Notes: a model not told the origin generated them from the sequence alone. 64,000 bases of DNA from an uncultured Candidatus Saccharimonadales bacterium (GCA_964609585.1 CAZSRA010000001.1:45816-109815), one strand, 5' to 3'. Shown: positions 38,910 through 49,427, numbered from the stretch's first letter. A program made the numbers and translations.

Positions 38910-41873
38910 GTGATTTTTAGGCCGATCCTTAGCCTAAGACGGTTCGCATTATTCTCACGTATCTCCCTGACCAGTATTTTGGTGGGGCTTGTTTCGGTTG
39001 GACTAACAGGCCTGAACATCCGGCCCGTTCAAGCGGCTCCAAGTCCTGGCATTAACAGCCAGATTAATTTTCAGGGTCGATTACTCAATGCTGCGGGCGC
39101 CGTGATTGCCGACGGCAATTACAACATGCAGTTTAAAATCTACAAAAATGGCGATGGTCTAGCGGCTACGGACAATACTTGTACGATCGCTGATTGTGCT
39201 TCCACGACTGGTACCCTGCAGTGGACAGAAGAATGGCTCAACCAGGCAAGCCACGGGGTAACGGTGAAGAATGGTTATTTCTCGGTATCGCTTGGTGCCA
39301 TTACGAGTCTTGCAGGTATCGACCTGAACCAGCCAGTGCTGTGGCTATCCATGAACGTAGCCGGGGGTGCGAATGCAACCTCGGTAAGCTGTACACCGTT
39401 CTCAAGCTGTACGGGTGATGGCGAAATGCTCCCGATGAAGCGCATGGCAAGTGCAGTGTATGCGTTTAATGCGGGGCAGTTGGGGGGACTTACGTCGGCT
39501 GGTTTTATTCAAAACCAGGCTGCGAGCCCGCAGGCTGCGAGTCTTTACATTCAAAGTGTTAATAATGGTGATATTACCGGGGCCGTGCGGGCTAAATCCG
39601 GCCAAACAGCGGATGTTTTTGAGGTGCAGGCTAGTGGCGGTGGGGCGCTGTTTAAAGTGTCGTCTAATACCAATTTGAGTACTTTTACCGATAACCTACT
39701 AGTAAATGGCCAGGATCTTTCGCCGGCGGCTCTTACGGTGAAAGGCGCTGGTAATAGTGGGGGTAACTACATCATTGAAGCACAGCTCAATAACGGCAAT
39801 TCGGTGGCACGCATTACCGACAATGGCGAACTGGCTGTAGGTAATACTAGTGGGCTTGCCGGTACGCTTTTGCTTTCGGATGGTGGAAGTCATTATGGGC
39901 TTCTTAAAACGGCGACATTGGGATCAACTACGACCTACACTTTGCCTGACCCAGGTTCGAGTTCAGCCTCTATCTGTTTGAGTAGTGGCAATTGCACGGC
40001 GGCGACAACGCTACAGAATTCCTATAATAGCTCGACGAGTCCCGAGATTGTGCTCAACAGTACGAATGGTGCTCTAACGGTGCGTGATAGTTCCGGGGGT
40101 CTCGGTGCTAATTTGCTAGAGGTGCAAAATAACGCTGGCACTACTACTTATTTTGCGGTTGCGCCGGGGACGGGTACGGTTGGGACATTTACGGGGAATG
40201 TGGCCGTAAATGGCACGGGATCGAGCAGCAATACGGCTCTGGTCGTGAAAGGGAACGCTTCTCAGAGTGGTACCGATCTCATTACGGACATTCAGACAAG
40301 TGGTGGCACGACGCTGGCGCGTTTTACGGCGAATGGCGGTCTGTACCTGGGCAATCAGAGTAGCAGTATTGCGGGTAGTGTTAACTTAGCTCAGGGTAGT
40401 AATGGTTACGGTACGATCGACGCCACGAGTCTTACGGGCAATCGTACAGCGCATTTGCCGGATGCGACTGGGACAATTTGTTTGCAAACGGCTACAAGTT
40501 GCGGATTCATTAATAACCAGCTGGCTTCTGTTCAGAATGCCAATCTCTATGTAGCGAGTGCCGGAGCCGCCGGTGATCCAACGGCTCAACTTCAGCTTGC
40601 AAGTGGGCAGACCGGTGATCTGCTTCAATTCCGAAACGCTAGCGCTACACTTGTTACTAAATTTGATGCGTGGGGGTACGTTGTTGGGGCGGGTCTTCTA
40701 AGGGTGCTTGCGGTAGGCAAGGGTACGCTAGGGCTTGACACCGTGGGGGCCGGGACAGTGAGCATTGGTAATGCCAATGCCGCGACCATAAATATTGGTG
40801 CAAATGCGGCTGTTCATACCCTTCATGTAGCTGATGGCGCGGCGGTGCAGACGGTGACGATTGGGAGTACCAATAGTTCGAGTGGGCTTACACTCCAAGC
40901 TGGTTCTGGTAATGCCGCCGTAACCGCTGCGAGCGGGACTATTACCCTGCAGACGACAACTTCGGGGCAGATTAACATTATTCCCGGGGGTACGAGCAAT
41001 GTGGTGATCGGGACTTCGGACACTACTGGTACGTTGTTGGTGCTCGATACGAAGACAGATTCGGGCGATCCTACCGGGACTAATGGAGGTATGTATTATA
41101 ACTCAACTTATCATATGTTCCGTTGTTATCGTGACTCTGCGTGGGAGACCTGTGGTGTCAATCCTATTGATCGCGGTTTCTTGCTGGAGGATGACTTCAT
41201 TGGCGGAAGCTCGGGTGGCGGAACCATAGGTAATGCAGGATGGACAGCCAAGACGATTGGCGCGACCCCTCCAACGATAGGCTATAACCCTACTACGCCG
41301 GCGGTTACGGTTGATAGGCCGGGTATTTTGGATATTACGACAGCTGCAGCAACTGGCAACGGTGGCACTATAGCCACAGTACCCACGTCAAGCAATCCTG
41401 GTTTCGTTTTGGGAGCAGGCTATATTTTGAAAACAACCGCTGCCGTTGCGAGCGCCACCGCTACTACTCAAACGTTGCGCATTGGGCTGCATAACGAATA
41501 CGGCAGCACTACCGCTCCGACGACTGGTGTTTATTGGGAGGCTGATCCATCGACAAATACCGCTTGCGCTGGTAGTACTCCGTGTTGGCGGTATTGCTAC
41601 AACAACACAAGTACGCCAACTTGTGCTAATAGCGGTACGTCTATTGTTGCTAATACCTTTGCGCGCTTGGCTATTCAAATAAATTCGCTAGGTTCCGGTA
41701 CGTCATCTGTGACATTTACGATAAATGGCACATCTACTACGGTTCCAAGTGTTACGATCAATACAACGAATACGGTGAATCCTGCAATAACATGTTATTC
41801 GAACACGACTACTGCACAAGACTGTTTTGTTGATTACTTCCAGCTAAGAGGAGTGGCAACTGGAATAAGATAA
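38910..41873 (+). CDS. Large surface fibre protein sharing its N-domain with the 25521 gene
   Basis: INFQGRLLNAAGAVIADG...EMLPMKR; LQNSYN module; C-terminal Cys-containing lectin-like domain. Confidence 0.75.
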   Translation: MIFRPILSLRRFALFSRISLTSILVGLVSVGLTGLNIRPVQAAPSPGINSQINFQGRLLNAAGAVIADGNYNMQFKIYKNGDGLAATDNTCTIADCASTTGTLQWTEEWLNQASHGVTVKNGYFSVSLGAITSLAGIDLNQPVLWLSMNVAGGANATSVSCTPFSSCTGDGEMLPMKRMASAVYAFNAGQLGGLTSAGFIQNQAASPQAASLYIQSVNNGDITGAVRAKSGQTADVFEVQASGGGALFKVSSNTNLSTFTDNLLVNGQDLSPAALTVKGAGNSGGNYIIEAQLNNGNSVARITDNGELAVGNTSGLAGTLLLSDGGSHYGLLKTATLGSTTTYTLPDPGSSSASICLSSGNCTAATTLQNSYNSSTSPEIVLNSTNGALTVRDSSGGLGANLLEVQNNAGTTTYFAVAPGTGTVGTFTGNVAVNGTGSSSNTALVVKGNASQSGTDLITDIQTSGGTTLARFTANGGLYLGNQSSSIAGSVNLAQGSNGYGTIDATSLTGNRTAHLPDATGTICLQTATSCGFINNQLASVQNANLYVASAGAAGDPTAQLQLASGQTGDLLQFRNASATLVTKFDAWGYVVGAGLLRVLAVGKGTLGLDTVGAGTVSIGNANAATINIGANAAVHTLHVADGAAVQTVTIGSTNSSSGLTLQAGSGNAAVTAASGTITLQTTTSGQINIIPGGTSNVVIGTSDTTGTLLVLDTKTDSGDPTGTNGGMYYNSTYHMFRCYRDSAWETCGVNPIDRGFLLEDDFIGGSSGGGTIGNAGWTAKTIGATPPTIGYNPTTPAVTVDRPGILDITTAAATGNGGTIATVPTSSNPGFVLGAGYILKTTAAVASATATTQTLRIGLHNEYGSTTAPTTGVYWEADPSTNTACAGSTPCWRYCYNNTSTPTCANSGTSIVANTFARLAIQINSLGSGTSSVTFTINGTSTTVPSVTINTTNTVNPAITCYSNTTTAQDCFVDYFQLRGVATGIR

Positions 41874-41884
41874 TGGAGGCCCGA

Positions 41885-42388
41885 TTATTTGGCAGAAGCA
41901 AGACTATCGGCGAGCTGCTCGACGGCGCTGCTCGGGATGTGGTCTTGGGAGTTCAGGAGAATTAGCGATTTATTGGTGACGATCGCGACAGTAACGCGGG
42001 TGTCGTATTCTACGAGGTAGCCGCGGCCGATAGGGGTGGCGATTTCGCGGGTGGCATTGAATGAGCTGATGTCGAGCTTGGGATCGAGGGGTTGGATACT
42101 GACTGAGACGGGATTACTTCCTTGGTAATTGTAGGCGTATGTTAGTACTTGCGAGGTCGAGCTAATGGAGGCGCGATCGAGGGTGAAGCCTATGGGTGGG
42201 TGTCTGGGGAAAAATACGGGAAAGGTGAGGTTTTCGTAGGCGGTTTTGGGGAGGCCGGCTAGAGTGGTGTACTCGCGAATGTAAAATATGGCGGCAACGG
42301 CTAGGGTCATTGAGAGTAGAATGCCTGCGAGAATAGTTATGAGCTGGCGGCGCGTAAGACCACTAAATTTGATGGTGAGTTCTGACAT
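41885..42388 (-). CDS. Single-TM hypothetical protein
   Basis: N-terminal TM; FPVFFPRHPPIGF motif; TACATT 6 nt before the ATG. Confidence 0.65.
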   Translation of the reverse strand: MSELTIKFSGLTRRQLITILAGILLSMTLAVAAIFYIREYTTLAGLPKTAYENLTFPVFFPRHPPIGFTLDRASISSTSQVLTYAYNYQGSNPVSVSIQPLDPKLDISSFNATREIATPIGRGYLVEYDTRVTVAIVTNKSLILLNSQDHIPSSAVEQLADSLASAK

Positions 42389-42479
42389 ATATTTAATGTA
42401 GCATGGTGCTCGTGGTATTCAGGGAGAAATGCTTTTGCTATACTGCTACATAGTTATCATGGGTGTGTGAAGAGACTTT

Positions 42480-43250
42480 ATGGCTAAAGTTATTGCGATT
42501 GCCAATCAAAAAGGTGGCGTGGGAAAGACAACTACCACGATTAATCTCGGTGCGTATCTTGCGGCCGGGAAAAAGCGCGTGTTGATTGTGGACCTTGATC
42601 CGCAGGGCAATACTTCGAGCGGTCTTGGGATTACGGCTGATAAGCTGAGCGGTGATTTGTACGATGTGCTCATGGACGATGTGGCGGCGGCGGCAGTGGC
42701 ACGGGAGACAGCGGTGGATGGTCTGCATGTGCTGCCGGCGAGCCCGGTGCTGGCGGCAGCGGAGGTGGAGTTGGTGGCGGCAAGCCAGCGCGAGTTTAAG
42801 CTACGTAAAGCGCTTGAGGGTTTGGATTATGATTATGTACTGATTGATTGTCCGCCGAGCCTGGGGATTTTAACGGTGAACGGGCTGGTGGCGGCGCAGG
42901 AGCTGATTATTCCGGTGCAGGCCGAATTTTACGCGATGGAAGGTTTGGGGCAATTGGTGCAGACAGTGCAACGGGTGCGCAAGGGGCTGAACCCAGGTTT
43001 GCGGCTGATGGGGGTGCTCGTGACGATGCACAACGGGCGGACGAGTTTGAGTGCGCAGGTGCACGAAGAGGTAAAGCGGCATTTTCCGGATACGGTGTTT
43101 GAGACGGTGATCCCGCGGAATGTGCGACTGGCTGAAGCGCCGAGTTTTGGCAAAAGTATTATGCATTATGATGGATGGAGTAAGGGCGCGCGAAGCTACA
43201 AGGCGCTGGCAAAGGAAGTAGAAAAAAGATCAGGAGCAAAGAAGAAATGA
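42480..43250 (+). CDS. parA: ParA/Soj ATPase
   Basis: [39 protein letters not shown]. Confidence 0.97.
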   Translation: MAKVIAIANQKGGVGKTTTTINLGAYLAAGKKRVLIVDLDPQGNTSSGLGITADKLSGDLYDVLMDDVAAAAVARETAVDGLHVLPASPVLAAAEVELVAASQREFKLRKALEGLDYDYVLIDCPPSLGILTVNGLVAAQELIIPVQAEFYAMEGLGQLVQTVQRVRKGLNPGLRLMGVLVTMHNGRTSLSAQVHEEVKRHFPDTVFETVIPRNVRLAEAPSFGKSIMHYDGWSKGARSYKALAKEVEKRSGAKKK

Positions 43251-44176
43251 GCGAAAAGGTGGAACGCAGACGGGGTTTGGGACGAGGGTTTGACGCGCTC
43301 ATTCCGACTCAGGTAGTGGAAGACGAGTTTGATGTGACGGCGCCCGTGGATGCCGAGGGGCACCGGACTTCAGCGGATTTGGTGCGGGAAGTGGATCCGA
43401 TGCTCGTGGATCCGAACCCACATCAGCCGCGCCAGAATTTTGAAGCCAAGGCGCTTGAAGCATTGGCCGCGAGTATTCGGGTGCATGGGATTTTGCAGCC
43501 GCTGGTGGTAACGAGGGCTGGAGAGCGGTACGAGCTGATTGCGGGTGAACGACGACTGCGGGCGGCGAAACTGGCGAGCCTAGACGTAGTGCCGGTGATT
43601 GTGCGCAGCTTCGATGAACAGCAGAAGCTGGAGCTGGCACTCATTGAGAACTTGCAACGCGCAGAGCTCAATCCGATTGAGACGGCGACGGCGTACCGGA
43701 AATTGCTGGATCAGTTTAACTTGAAGCTGGAAGAGCTGGGCGCGCGGATTGGCAAAGATGTGTCGACGATTTCAAACACGACGCGGCTTTTGAATTTGCC
43801 GCATGAAGCGAAGCGAGCGTTGATTGAAGGGCGGATTACTGAGGGGCACGCGCGGGTGCTGCTTTCGGTGGTGGAGCAGGACAAGCAGATCGAGGAAGAG
43901 AAGCGCTTGGAACTTTTGGCCTTGATTGAGCGTCATAATTGGACTGTGCGGCAGACGGAGGAGTTTGCGCGTGGATATAAGGGCAAGACGGGTACGAAAG
44001 AGAAGGCGGCGGCCCGGATTGCGGCAGTGAATCAGCTGACGATGGACCTCGGTGATTATTTGGGGGCGAAGGTAACCCAGTTTCGGACGGCGAAGGGCGG
44101 GAAGCTGGTGATTGAGTATTACTCGGAAGAAGAGTTGGAACGGATTTATAAGGCGATTCGACGGGAAGTGGAATAG
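43247..44176 (+). CDS. parB: ParB/Spo0J
   Basis: [26 protein letters not shown]. Confidence 0.97.
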   Translation: MSEKVERRRGLGRGFDALIPTQVVEDEFDVTAPVDAEGHRTSADLVREVDPMLVDPNPHQPRQNFEAKALEALAASIRVHGILQPLVVTRAGERYELIAGERRLRAAKLASLDVVPVIVRSFDEQQKLELALIENLQRAELNPIETATAYRKLLDQFNLKLEELGARIGKDVSTISNTTRLLNLPHEAKRALIEGRITEGHARVLLSVVEQDKQIEEEKRLELLALIERHNWTVRQTEEFARGYKGKTGTKEKAAARIAAVNQLTMDLGDYLGAKVTQFRTAKGGKLVIEYYSEEELERIYKAIRREVE

Positions 44177-44404
44177 GGTTTTGCTTGTAAGGGGAGGGGG
44201 TTTGTGCGGGTTTGTGGTGTGGTTTTTTCGAGAGTTTTCTGACAGGTGTGGATGTATTCAGCGTTATACCCCTCATGAAAATGGCTTTGTAGAGACATTT
44301 ACTTTGGCTTAAGAAAGCCAAAAGTTTGTTCGGTATATAACGTTGTTATACATCTGGGTATTCGAGGTTGACGAACGCCAACGAAGGGGTGACCCGGAAC
44401 GGCG

Positions 44405-45130
44405 CTAGAGAACCTTGACCTGGTCGAGGGGCAGGAGGCGCAGGACGGCATCGCCGATGATGTCGGCCGAAGGGACTTCGCCCCATTCGCGCGAGTCGTA
44501 GGAGCCGTTTGGTGTACGATTGTCGCCCATCACGAAAACATTGCCGGACTGAACGACTTCATCGGTGTCAATAAGGGTGACGGTGTCTTTGCTCTCGTAA
44601 TTTGTGTCGGGATTGAAGCCGTTTGGATGTTGGGGATTGTAGACGGTGACGGTGCCATTTTTGACCACGACACGATCGCCAGGAAGGCCAATAACTCGCT
44701 TCACGAAGACTCGAGAGGTGTCCTTGGGGAATTTAAAGACAATAATTTGGCCGCGGCTGGGGATATATTTTTTGTCCTGGCCTAGCGTGCGCTCGATGAG
44801 ACTTTGAGTGTAGCCAAGCTTTGAGATAATGAGGTAATCGGTGTCGTGGAGTGTGGAGACCATGCTCGTACCGACCACATGGTAGGCCTGGAAAACAAAG
44901 TTGTGGAGGATGAGTACTACGGCGATGGGAAAAATAACCCACGAAAATATAGCACCCAGGATTGTGGAGAAACCGCTCGCTATGGATGATAGTGCTGAGC
45001 TGGTGCTAGCTGTGGGTGCTTGGGCAACATCTTGGCTTAAGGCTGAGTTTTGCAATATTTTTGGAGTAGCTGCAGGGTCATTTGTGCCAGGAGTATTGGG
45101 GCTTGTGGGATTTGGGTTTTGGTTGTCCAT
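44405..45130 (-). CDS. lepB: Signal peptidase I
   Basis: GTSM, VKRVIGLPGD, GDNR...SYDSR. ATG 45130 has TATACT 8 nt upstream. Confidence 0.95.
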   Translation of the reverse strand: MDNQNPNPTSPNTPGTNDPAATPKILQNSALSQDVAQAPTASTSSALSSIASGFSTILGAIFSWVIFPIAVVLILHNFVFQAYHVVGTSMVSTLHDTDYLIISKLGYTQSLIERTLGQDKKYIPSRGQIIVFKFPKDTSRVFVKRVIGLPGDRVVVKNGTVTVYNPQHPNGFNPDTNYESKDTVTLIDTDEVVQSGNVFVMGDNRTPNGSYDSREWGEVPSADIIGDAVLRLLPLDQVKVL

Positions 45131-45241
45131 TGGATATGAGTATAACTGGGTTTGACGGGTTGGCACAAGTGCAGCTTAATCATGTGCGGTAAGTGTTCTG
45201 TGCTTGTGGGGTGTGGGTGATATTGGTTATACTTAGTCGCA

Positions 45242-46792
45242 ATGAGCACGTTAAACTCGGGCGGTCGACGCTCTATTGATGGACCGGTTCGCCGCCGATT
45301 GAGCGCGAAAGACAACCATTTATCTAATAATACTGAGGAGCTTCCAGACATAAACTCCGAAGTAGTGGAGTCTCCGGTAGCTGTTGCCGAGGAGGCTGTT
45401 TCTGTAGCGCCAGAAGAGCCGATTTTTGTTTACCATAAGGCGAGGAAGCCTGGTCTTGGACTAAAATGGATGCGGACCTTGGCAGTGGGAGTTTTGGTGG
45501 TCGGGGTGGCGGCTGGCGGATGGTTTGGCTATAAGGCGGTGAGTGCTGCTCATACTATTATTGCGCGGTCGAATGGTGGGGCTCCGGCTCTAACGGCGAA
45601 GAAGCTTGATTTGAGTCAGCTGAAGAATGAGGGTGATGGTCGAATCAACATTTTGATTTTGGGTATCGGAGGTCAAGGGCACGAGGCGCCGAATTTGTCG
45701 GATACGATTATGGTGATGAGCGTGGATCCGCAAACCAAGGATGCGGCGATGCTATCAATTCCACGCGATTTATACGTGAAGATTCCGGCGACGGCCCGTA
45801 CCGGAGTGCAGTATGGCAAGATTAATGCCGCCAATGCCTATGGTGGGCCGGAACTTGCGGCCCAGGTGGTGTCGAATGTGATTGGTGTGCCGATTCATTA
45901 CTATGTGCTTCTGGATTTTTCGGGTTTCCGACAAGCGGTGGATGCTGTGGGCGGGGTAGACATTAATGTAGCAACGGCGCTGTATGATTCGACGTACCCC
46001 TGTGACGATGAGCGTGGTGGGTTCTGTCCGCTTTCGATTGCAGCGGGTCTTCAGCATATGAATGGGACGATAGCGCTGCGGTATTCACGGTCTAGGCACT
46101 CAACGAGCGATTTCGACCGAGCAGCCAGGCAGCAGCAAGTGATTGTAGCGCTGCGCCAAAAGTCGCTGCAACTTTCGACACTCACGAATCCAGTGAAGCT
46201 AACAGGCTTGATTGATGCTGTCGGGAGTCATGTGAAGACAGATTTGCAGCCGACTGAGCTTACGAAAATGGCGGCTTTGATGAAGGACATTGATCTGGCA
46301 AAGATGCCGCAGAAGGTGCTTGATACGAGTTCAGCCGAGGCGCTCCTTAACGGGGGGATTAATATTATTCCGGCAGCTGGCTATATAGAGGTGCCGAAAG
46401 CGGGCACGTTTGATTACTCTGAAATTCAGAATTTAGTGAAGAATCTGTTTTCGGATCATTATGTGATCCAAGAAAACGCTCGGGTTGAGGTTCAGAATGG
46501 TTCTGGGGTGGCGGGACTTGGAGGTGTCGTAGCTACGAGCTTGAAGGCTGCTCACTATAATGTAGGCGATCCGGTGAACGCTTCTAGTCACTATGGGGCG
46601 ACGATGATTTATGACTATACTGGCGGGAAGAAGCCATATACGATAAACTATCTGGAGCATCGGTTTGGGGTGAAGGCACAGAAGGCAACGGCCCCAACGC
46701 CGACCGTGGGTGCCGGTGGAGTAGCGGTGCCGGCACCTGAGATAAGGATTATTCTTGGCAGTGATTACAAATCAGCTCGTACGTCTGGGTAA
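45242..46792 (+). CDS. LCP (LytR-CpsA-Psr) family protein with LytR_C domain
   Basis: NILILG, SDTIMV, SIPRD, KINAA, DFDRAARQQ; VQNGSGVAGLG. Confidence 0.93.
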   Translation: MSTLNSGGRRSIDGPVRRRLSAKDNHLSNNTEELPDINSEVVESPVAVAEEAVSVAPEEPIFVYHKARKPGLGLKWMRTLAVGVLVVGVAAGGWFGYKAVSAAHTIIARSNGGAPALTAKKLDLSQLKNEGDGRINILILGIGGQGHEAPNLSDTIMVMSVDPQTKDAAMLSIPRDLYVKIPATARTGVQYGKINAANAYGGPELAAQVVSNVIGVPIHYYVLLDFSGFRQAVDAVGGVDINVATALYDSTYPCDDERGGFCPLSIAAGLQHMNGTIALRYSRSRHSTSDFDRAARQQQVIVALRQKSLQLSTLTNPVKLTGLIDAVGSHVKTDLQPTELTKMAALMKDIDLAKMPQKVLDTSSAEALLNGGINIIPAAGYIEVPKAGTFDYSEIQNLVKNLFSDHYVIQENARVEVQNGSGVAGLGGVVATSLKAAHYNVGDPVNASSHYGATMIYDYTGGKKPYTINYLEHRFGVKAQKATAPTPTVGAGGVAVPAPEIRIILGSDYKSARTSG

Positions 46793-46805
46793 ATTACCCG
46801 CAAAA

Positions 46806-47549
46806 ATGTGGACTCGGTTGGCCTGGGCGCTGTTTGAGGCTGTCGTGGTATATCAGCTGGGTCGACAGAGTGGTTGGGCGTGGCTGGCTGGGGTTGTGAT
46901 CGTAGCAACAGAGTTGCGCACGCTTGGAACAATGCGGCAGTGGGATAGATCTAGGGTGATGAAAGCGCTTTGGGATCGTTTGCCCGGCCTCATTATGGGG
47001 GTTGGAGTCTTGCTTATTGTGATGCTTATGCCAAGACTCGTGACCCAGGCTGTGGTGGCGGGGCTATACGCGGCTTGGCTTTTGTGGCGCGAATGGTCGC
47101 CGGCGGAGGTTTCAACGGGCTTAACTCATCTTTTGCTGGTCCAGGGGGTGATGTTTGAAGCTATATTCCTCATGGCGGCGATTTGGCAAACATCGGACTT
47201 GCTCATTTTGACCTTGGTATGGATTGGTTCGTATGCCGGAGTATATGGAGTGTTGAAGCGGCGTGGCGACCGGCTTGCCGGGGTGATGGCGGCAACGTGG
47301 GGAGTGATTGCGACAGAAGTGTCTTGGGTGCTTTTGCAATGGCTCATTACCTATACGATGCGCGGAGGTTACGTGTTGGTGCCGCAGCCGGCATTGATTT
47401 TGACGGCTTTGTCGTATGTGTTTGGGAGTATTTTGGCATCGTCGAGGCAGGGGAGTCTGAGTCGGGCGCGGCTGGGAGAATACATTGTGATTGCGATCGT
47501 CTTGGTGGGAATTGTGGTGATGGGAACTTCGTGGCGAGGGAACGTTTAG
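46806..47549 (+). CDS. Multi-pass membrane protein, unknown function
   Basis: Several hydrophobic segments; ATG 46806 follows the LCP stop. Confidence 0.7.
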   Translation: MWTRLAWALFEAVVVYQLGRQSGWAWLAGVVIVATELRTLGTMRQWDRSRVMKALWDRLPGLIMGVGVLLIVMLMPRLVTQAVVAGLYAAWLLWREWSPAEVSTGLTHLLLVQGVMFEAIFLMAAIWQTSDLLILTLVWIGSYAGVYGVLKRRGDRLAGVMAATWGVIATEVSWVLLQWLITYTMRGGYVLVPQPALILTALSYVFGSILASSRQGSLSRARLGEYIVIAIVLVGIVVMGTSWRGNV

Positions 47550-47626
47550 GAGCTTTAAGAGGTTTCTCAGGGTGGAGTGTCAGACTAGGAGCAACATATA
47601 ATTATGATAGTTAAACGAGGGATATC

Positions 47627-48802
47627 ATGACTGAAACGCGTGAGCATGAATTGGTGGTACCGACACCACCAGTCCGAACATCAAAGGGTATAAACGTGAG
47701 CATGCGAGTGATTACCGTGACGCTCGTGGTGGGGCTCGTTGGCGGGATGTTGGGATCGTATGGATTCTTGCGCTTTTTTGCGACAGCGATTCCGGCAGAT
47801 CGAAAGCAGTTGGTGGTGCAAGAGAGTTCGGCCGTGATTGATGTGGCGAAGCAGGTGAGCCCGAGTGTAGTATCGATCACCTCGAAGGCGATAACGCAGG
47901 GCTTCTTTGGTAGTGCTCAGGAGGCTGATGGTGCGGGAACAGGTATGATTGTAACGAGTGACGGACTAATTTTAACGAACCGGCATGTCGTGGCCGATAC
48001 GTCCGCGACGTATACGGTGGTGATGAGTGATGGCAAGACCTATCCGGCACATGTGGTATCGCGCGATACGGTCAACGATGTGGCGTTTGTGCGAATTGCG
48101 GCGACGAATTTGAAGCCGGTTGAGCTAGCCGACTCGGGTTCGGTGAAGGTAGGCCAGCGTGTAGTAGCTATTGGTAACGCTCTGGGTCAGTTCCAAAATA
48201 CGGTGACGGATGGGATTATTTCAGGCTTATCGCGCGGCATTACGGCTGGAGATGGGAGCGGTATCTCGGCGAGCTCCGAGCAACTGCAGAATGTATTTCA
48301 GACGAATGCGGCGATTAATCCCGGAAATTCGGGCGGTCCGCTCGTGAATCTGGACGGGCAAGTGGTGGGTATGAATACAGCGGTGGCCGGGCAAGGAGCG
48401 CAAAACATTGGTTTTGCGATTCCGATTAACGACGTGAAGCCGTTGATTGCAAGTGTGAAGAATGATGGTCGGATCGTGCGGGCGTACTTGGGTGTGCGGT
48501 ATGTGGCGATTGATAGCTCGGTGGCGCAGGCTAATGGGTTGAGTGTGAGCGCCGGAGCTTGGGTGCAGGCGGCCGACGATGCAAATCCGGGTGTGGTGGC
48601 GGGATCGCCAGCGGACAAGGCTGGGATTAAAGAGGGTGACATTATCACGAAAATTGGTAATGATACGGTGAATTCGACGAACAGTTTGCAGTCGCTGATT
48701 GGTAAGCATAAGGTGGGGGATAAGATTTCGGTAACGGTGCTGCGCGACGGGAAGACGCAGAGCTTAAGTGTGACGCTGGAGGCGGCGCCGGCGGGGAATT
48801 AG
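47627..48802 (+). CDS. htrA: HtrA/DegP-family serine protease with one PDZ domain
   Basis: TNRHVV, INPGNSGGPL, C-terminal PDZ. Confidence 0.93.
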   Translation: MTETREHELVVPTPPVRTSKGINVSMRVITVTLVVGLVGGMLGSYGFLRFFATAIPADRKQLVVQESSAVIDVAKQVSPSVVSITSKAITQGFFGSAQEADGAGTGMIVTSDGLILTNRHVVADTSATYTVVMSDGKTYPAHVVSRDTVNDVAFVRIAATNLKPVELADSGSVKVGQRVVAIGNALGQFQNTVTDGIISGLSRGITAGDGSGISASSEQLQNVFQTNAAINPGNSGGPLVNLDGQVVGMNTAVAGQGAQNIGFAIPINDVKPLIASVKNDGRIVRAYLGVRYVAIDSSVAQANGLSVSAGAWVQAADDANPGVVAGSPADKAGIKEGDIITKIGNDTVNSTNSLQSLIGKHKVGDKISVTVLRDGKTQSLSVTLEAAPAGN

Positions 48803-48818
48803 GCTCAAACGTCGAACA

Positions 48819-48855
48819 CCCCGCTTCGCGCGGAGGTTCAACGCGCGAAGCGGGG
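48819..48855. terminator. 14-bp perfect GC hairpin without a U-tract
   Basis: CCCCGCTTCGCGCG-GAGGTTCAA-CGCGCGAAGCGGGG between convergent genes. Confidence 0.7.
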
Positions 48856-48859
48856 CGGG

Positions 48860-49387
48860 TCAGGCGACTGCGTCGCCGAGGTATATGACTCTGGGTAGCC
48901 GGTCGCCGCCCTCTTCGATCTGCAGCGTGCGAATTTCCCCTTCTCGCACATGCTGGACGAAGATGTGTGAGAAGTTTGGCAGTGATGCTGCGAAGACGAA
49001 GTGAGTAGCTCCCGTGGTTTCAGCGATCTTTCGTAGCCTCGCCGTGAACGGCCAGATCTCTGAACTCGTAGTCCAGTGGTCGTCTGGCTGGGGCCACACG
49101 CTGGACCAGTAGTGGAGGTCGATCATCTGGCCTGGCTCGGCGAGTGTGTCCGGGCCGAGTACTGATGCCACGACCCTGGCTGTCGCTTCCCTTGTCTCTC
49201 CGACTCCGGAGACCCAGAACTGGGCTTCAGGATACGCTGCCTTCAGGGCATTTCCGGCGGCGATAGCCTGTTCGTCATTGTCGCAGCGACGAACCAGAGT
49301 GAGTGTGAGGGGCGGTGGCGAGATGCGGGGTTCGTGGAGCCTTTTGGCCCAACTTTTGATCAGGTTGAGGAGGCTCAAGGGCCTCAC
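48860..49387 (-). CDS. Hypothetical protein, possibly a degenerate histidine-phosphatase fold (start GTG 49387 or TTG 49378)
   Basis: LTLVRRC...QA...G..L...S...R..TA pattern resembles RHG-family spacing but lacks the His. Own promoter TTGACA(49445-49440)-18-TATAGT. Confidence 0.55.
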   Translation of the reverse strand: MRPLSLLNLIKSWAKRLHEPRISPPPLTLTLVRRCDNDEQAIAAGNALKAAYPEAQFWVSGVGETREATARVVASVLGPDTLAEPGQMIDLHYWSSVWPQPDDHWTTSSEIWPFTARLRKIAETTGATHFVFAASLPNFSHIFVQHVREGEIRTLQIEEGGDRLPRVIYLGDAVA

Positions 49388-49427
49388 CTTTCTGGAGGTG
49401 CAGTAGGACCTTATTACTATACAATAA

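Noticed and set aside
306-41682. Numerous long antisense/overlapping ORFs (e.g. 1706..2542, 8283..9587, 9822..11060, 37908..38801)
   Set aside because: Shadow frames of biased-codon genes, with no motifs or independent signals.
1-42000. Prophage or tailocin (tail-fibre-like motifs)
   Set aside because: No terminase, capsid, tube/sheath, integrase or lysis genes; the proteins carry Sec-type signals.
42389-44404. oriC or canonical parS near parAB
   Set aside because: No TGTTTCACGTGAAACA-like palindrome or cluster of good DnaA boxes was seen, and the + strand looks G-rich on both sides.
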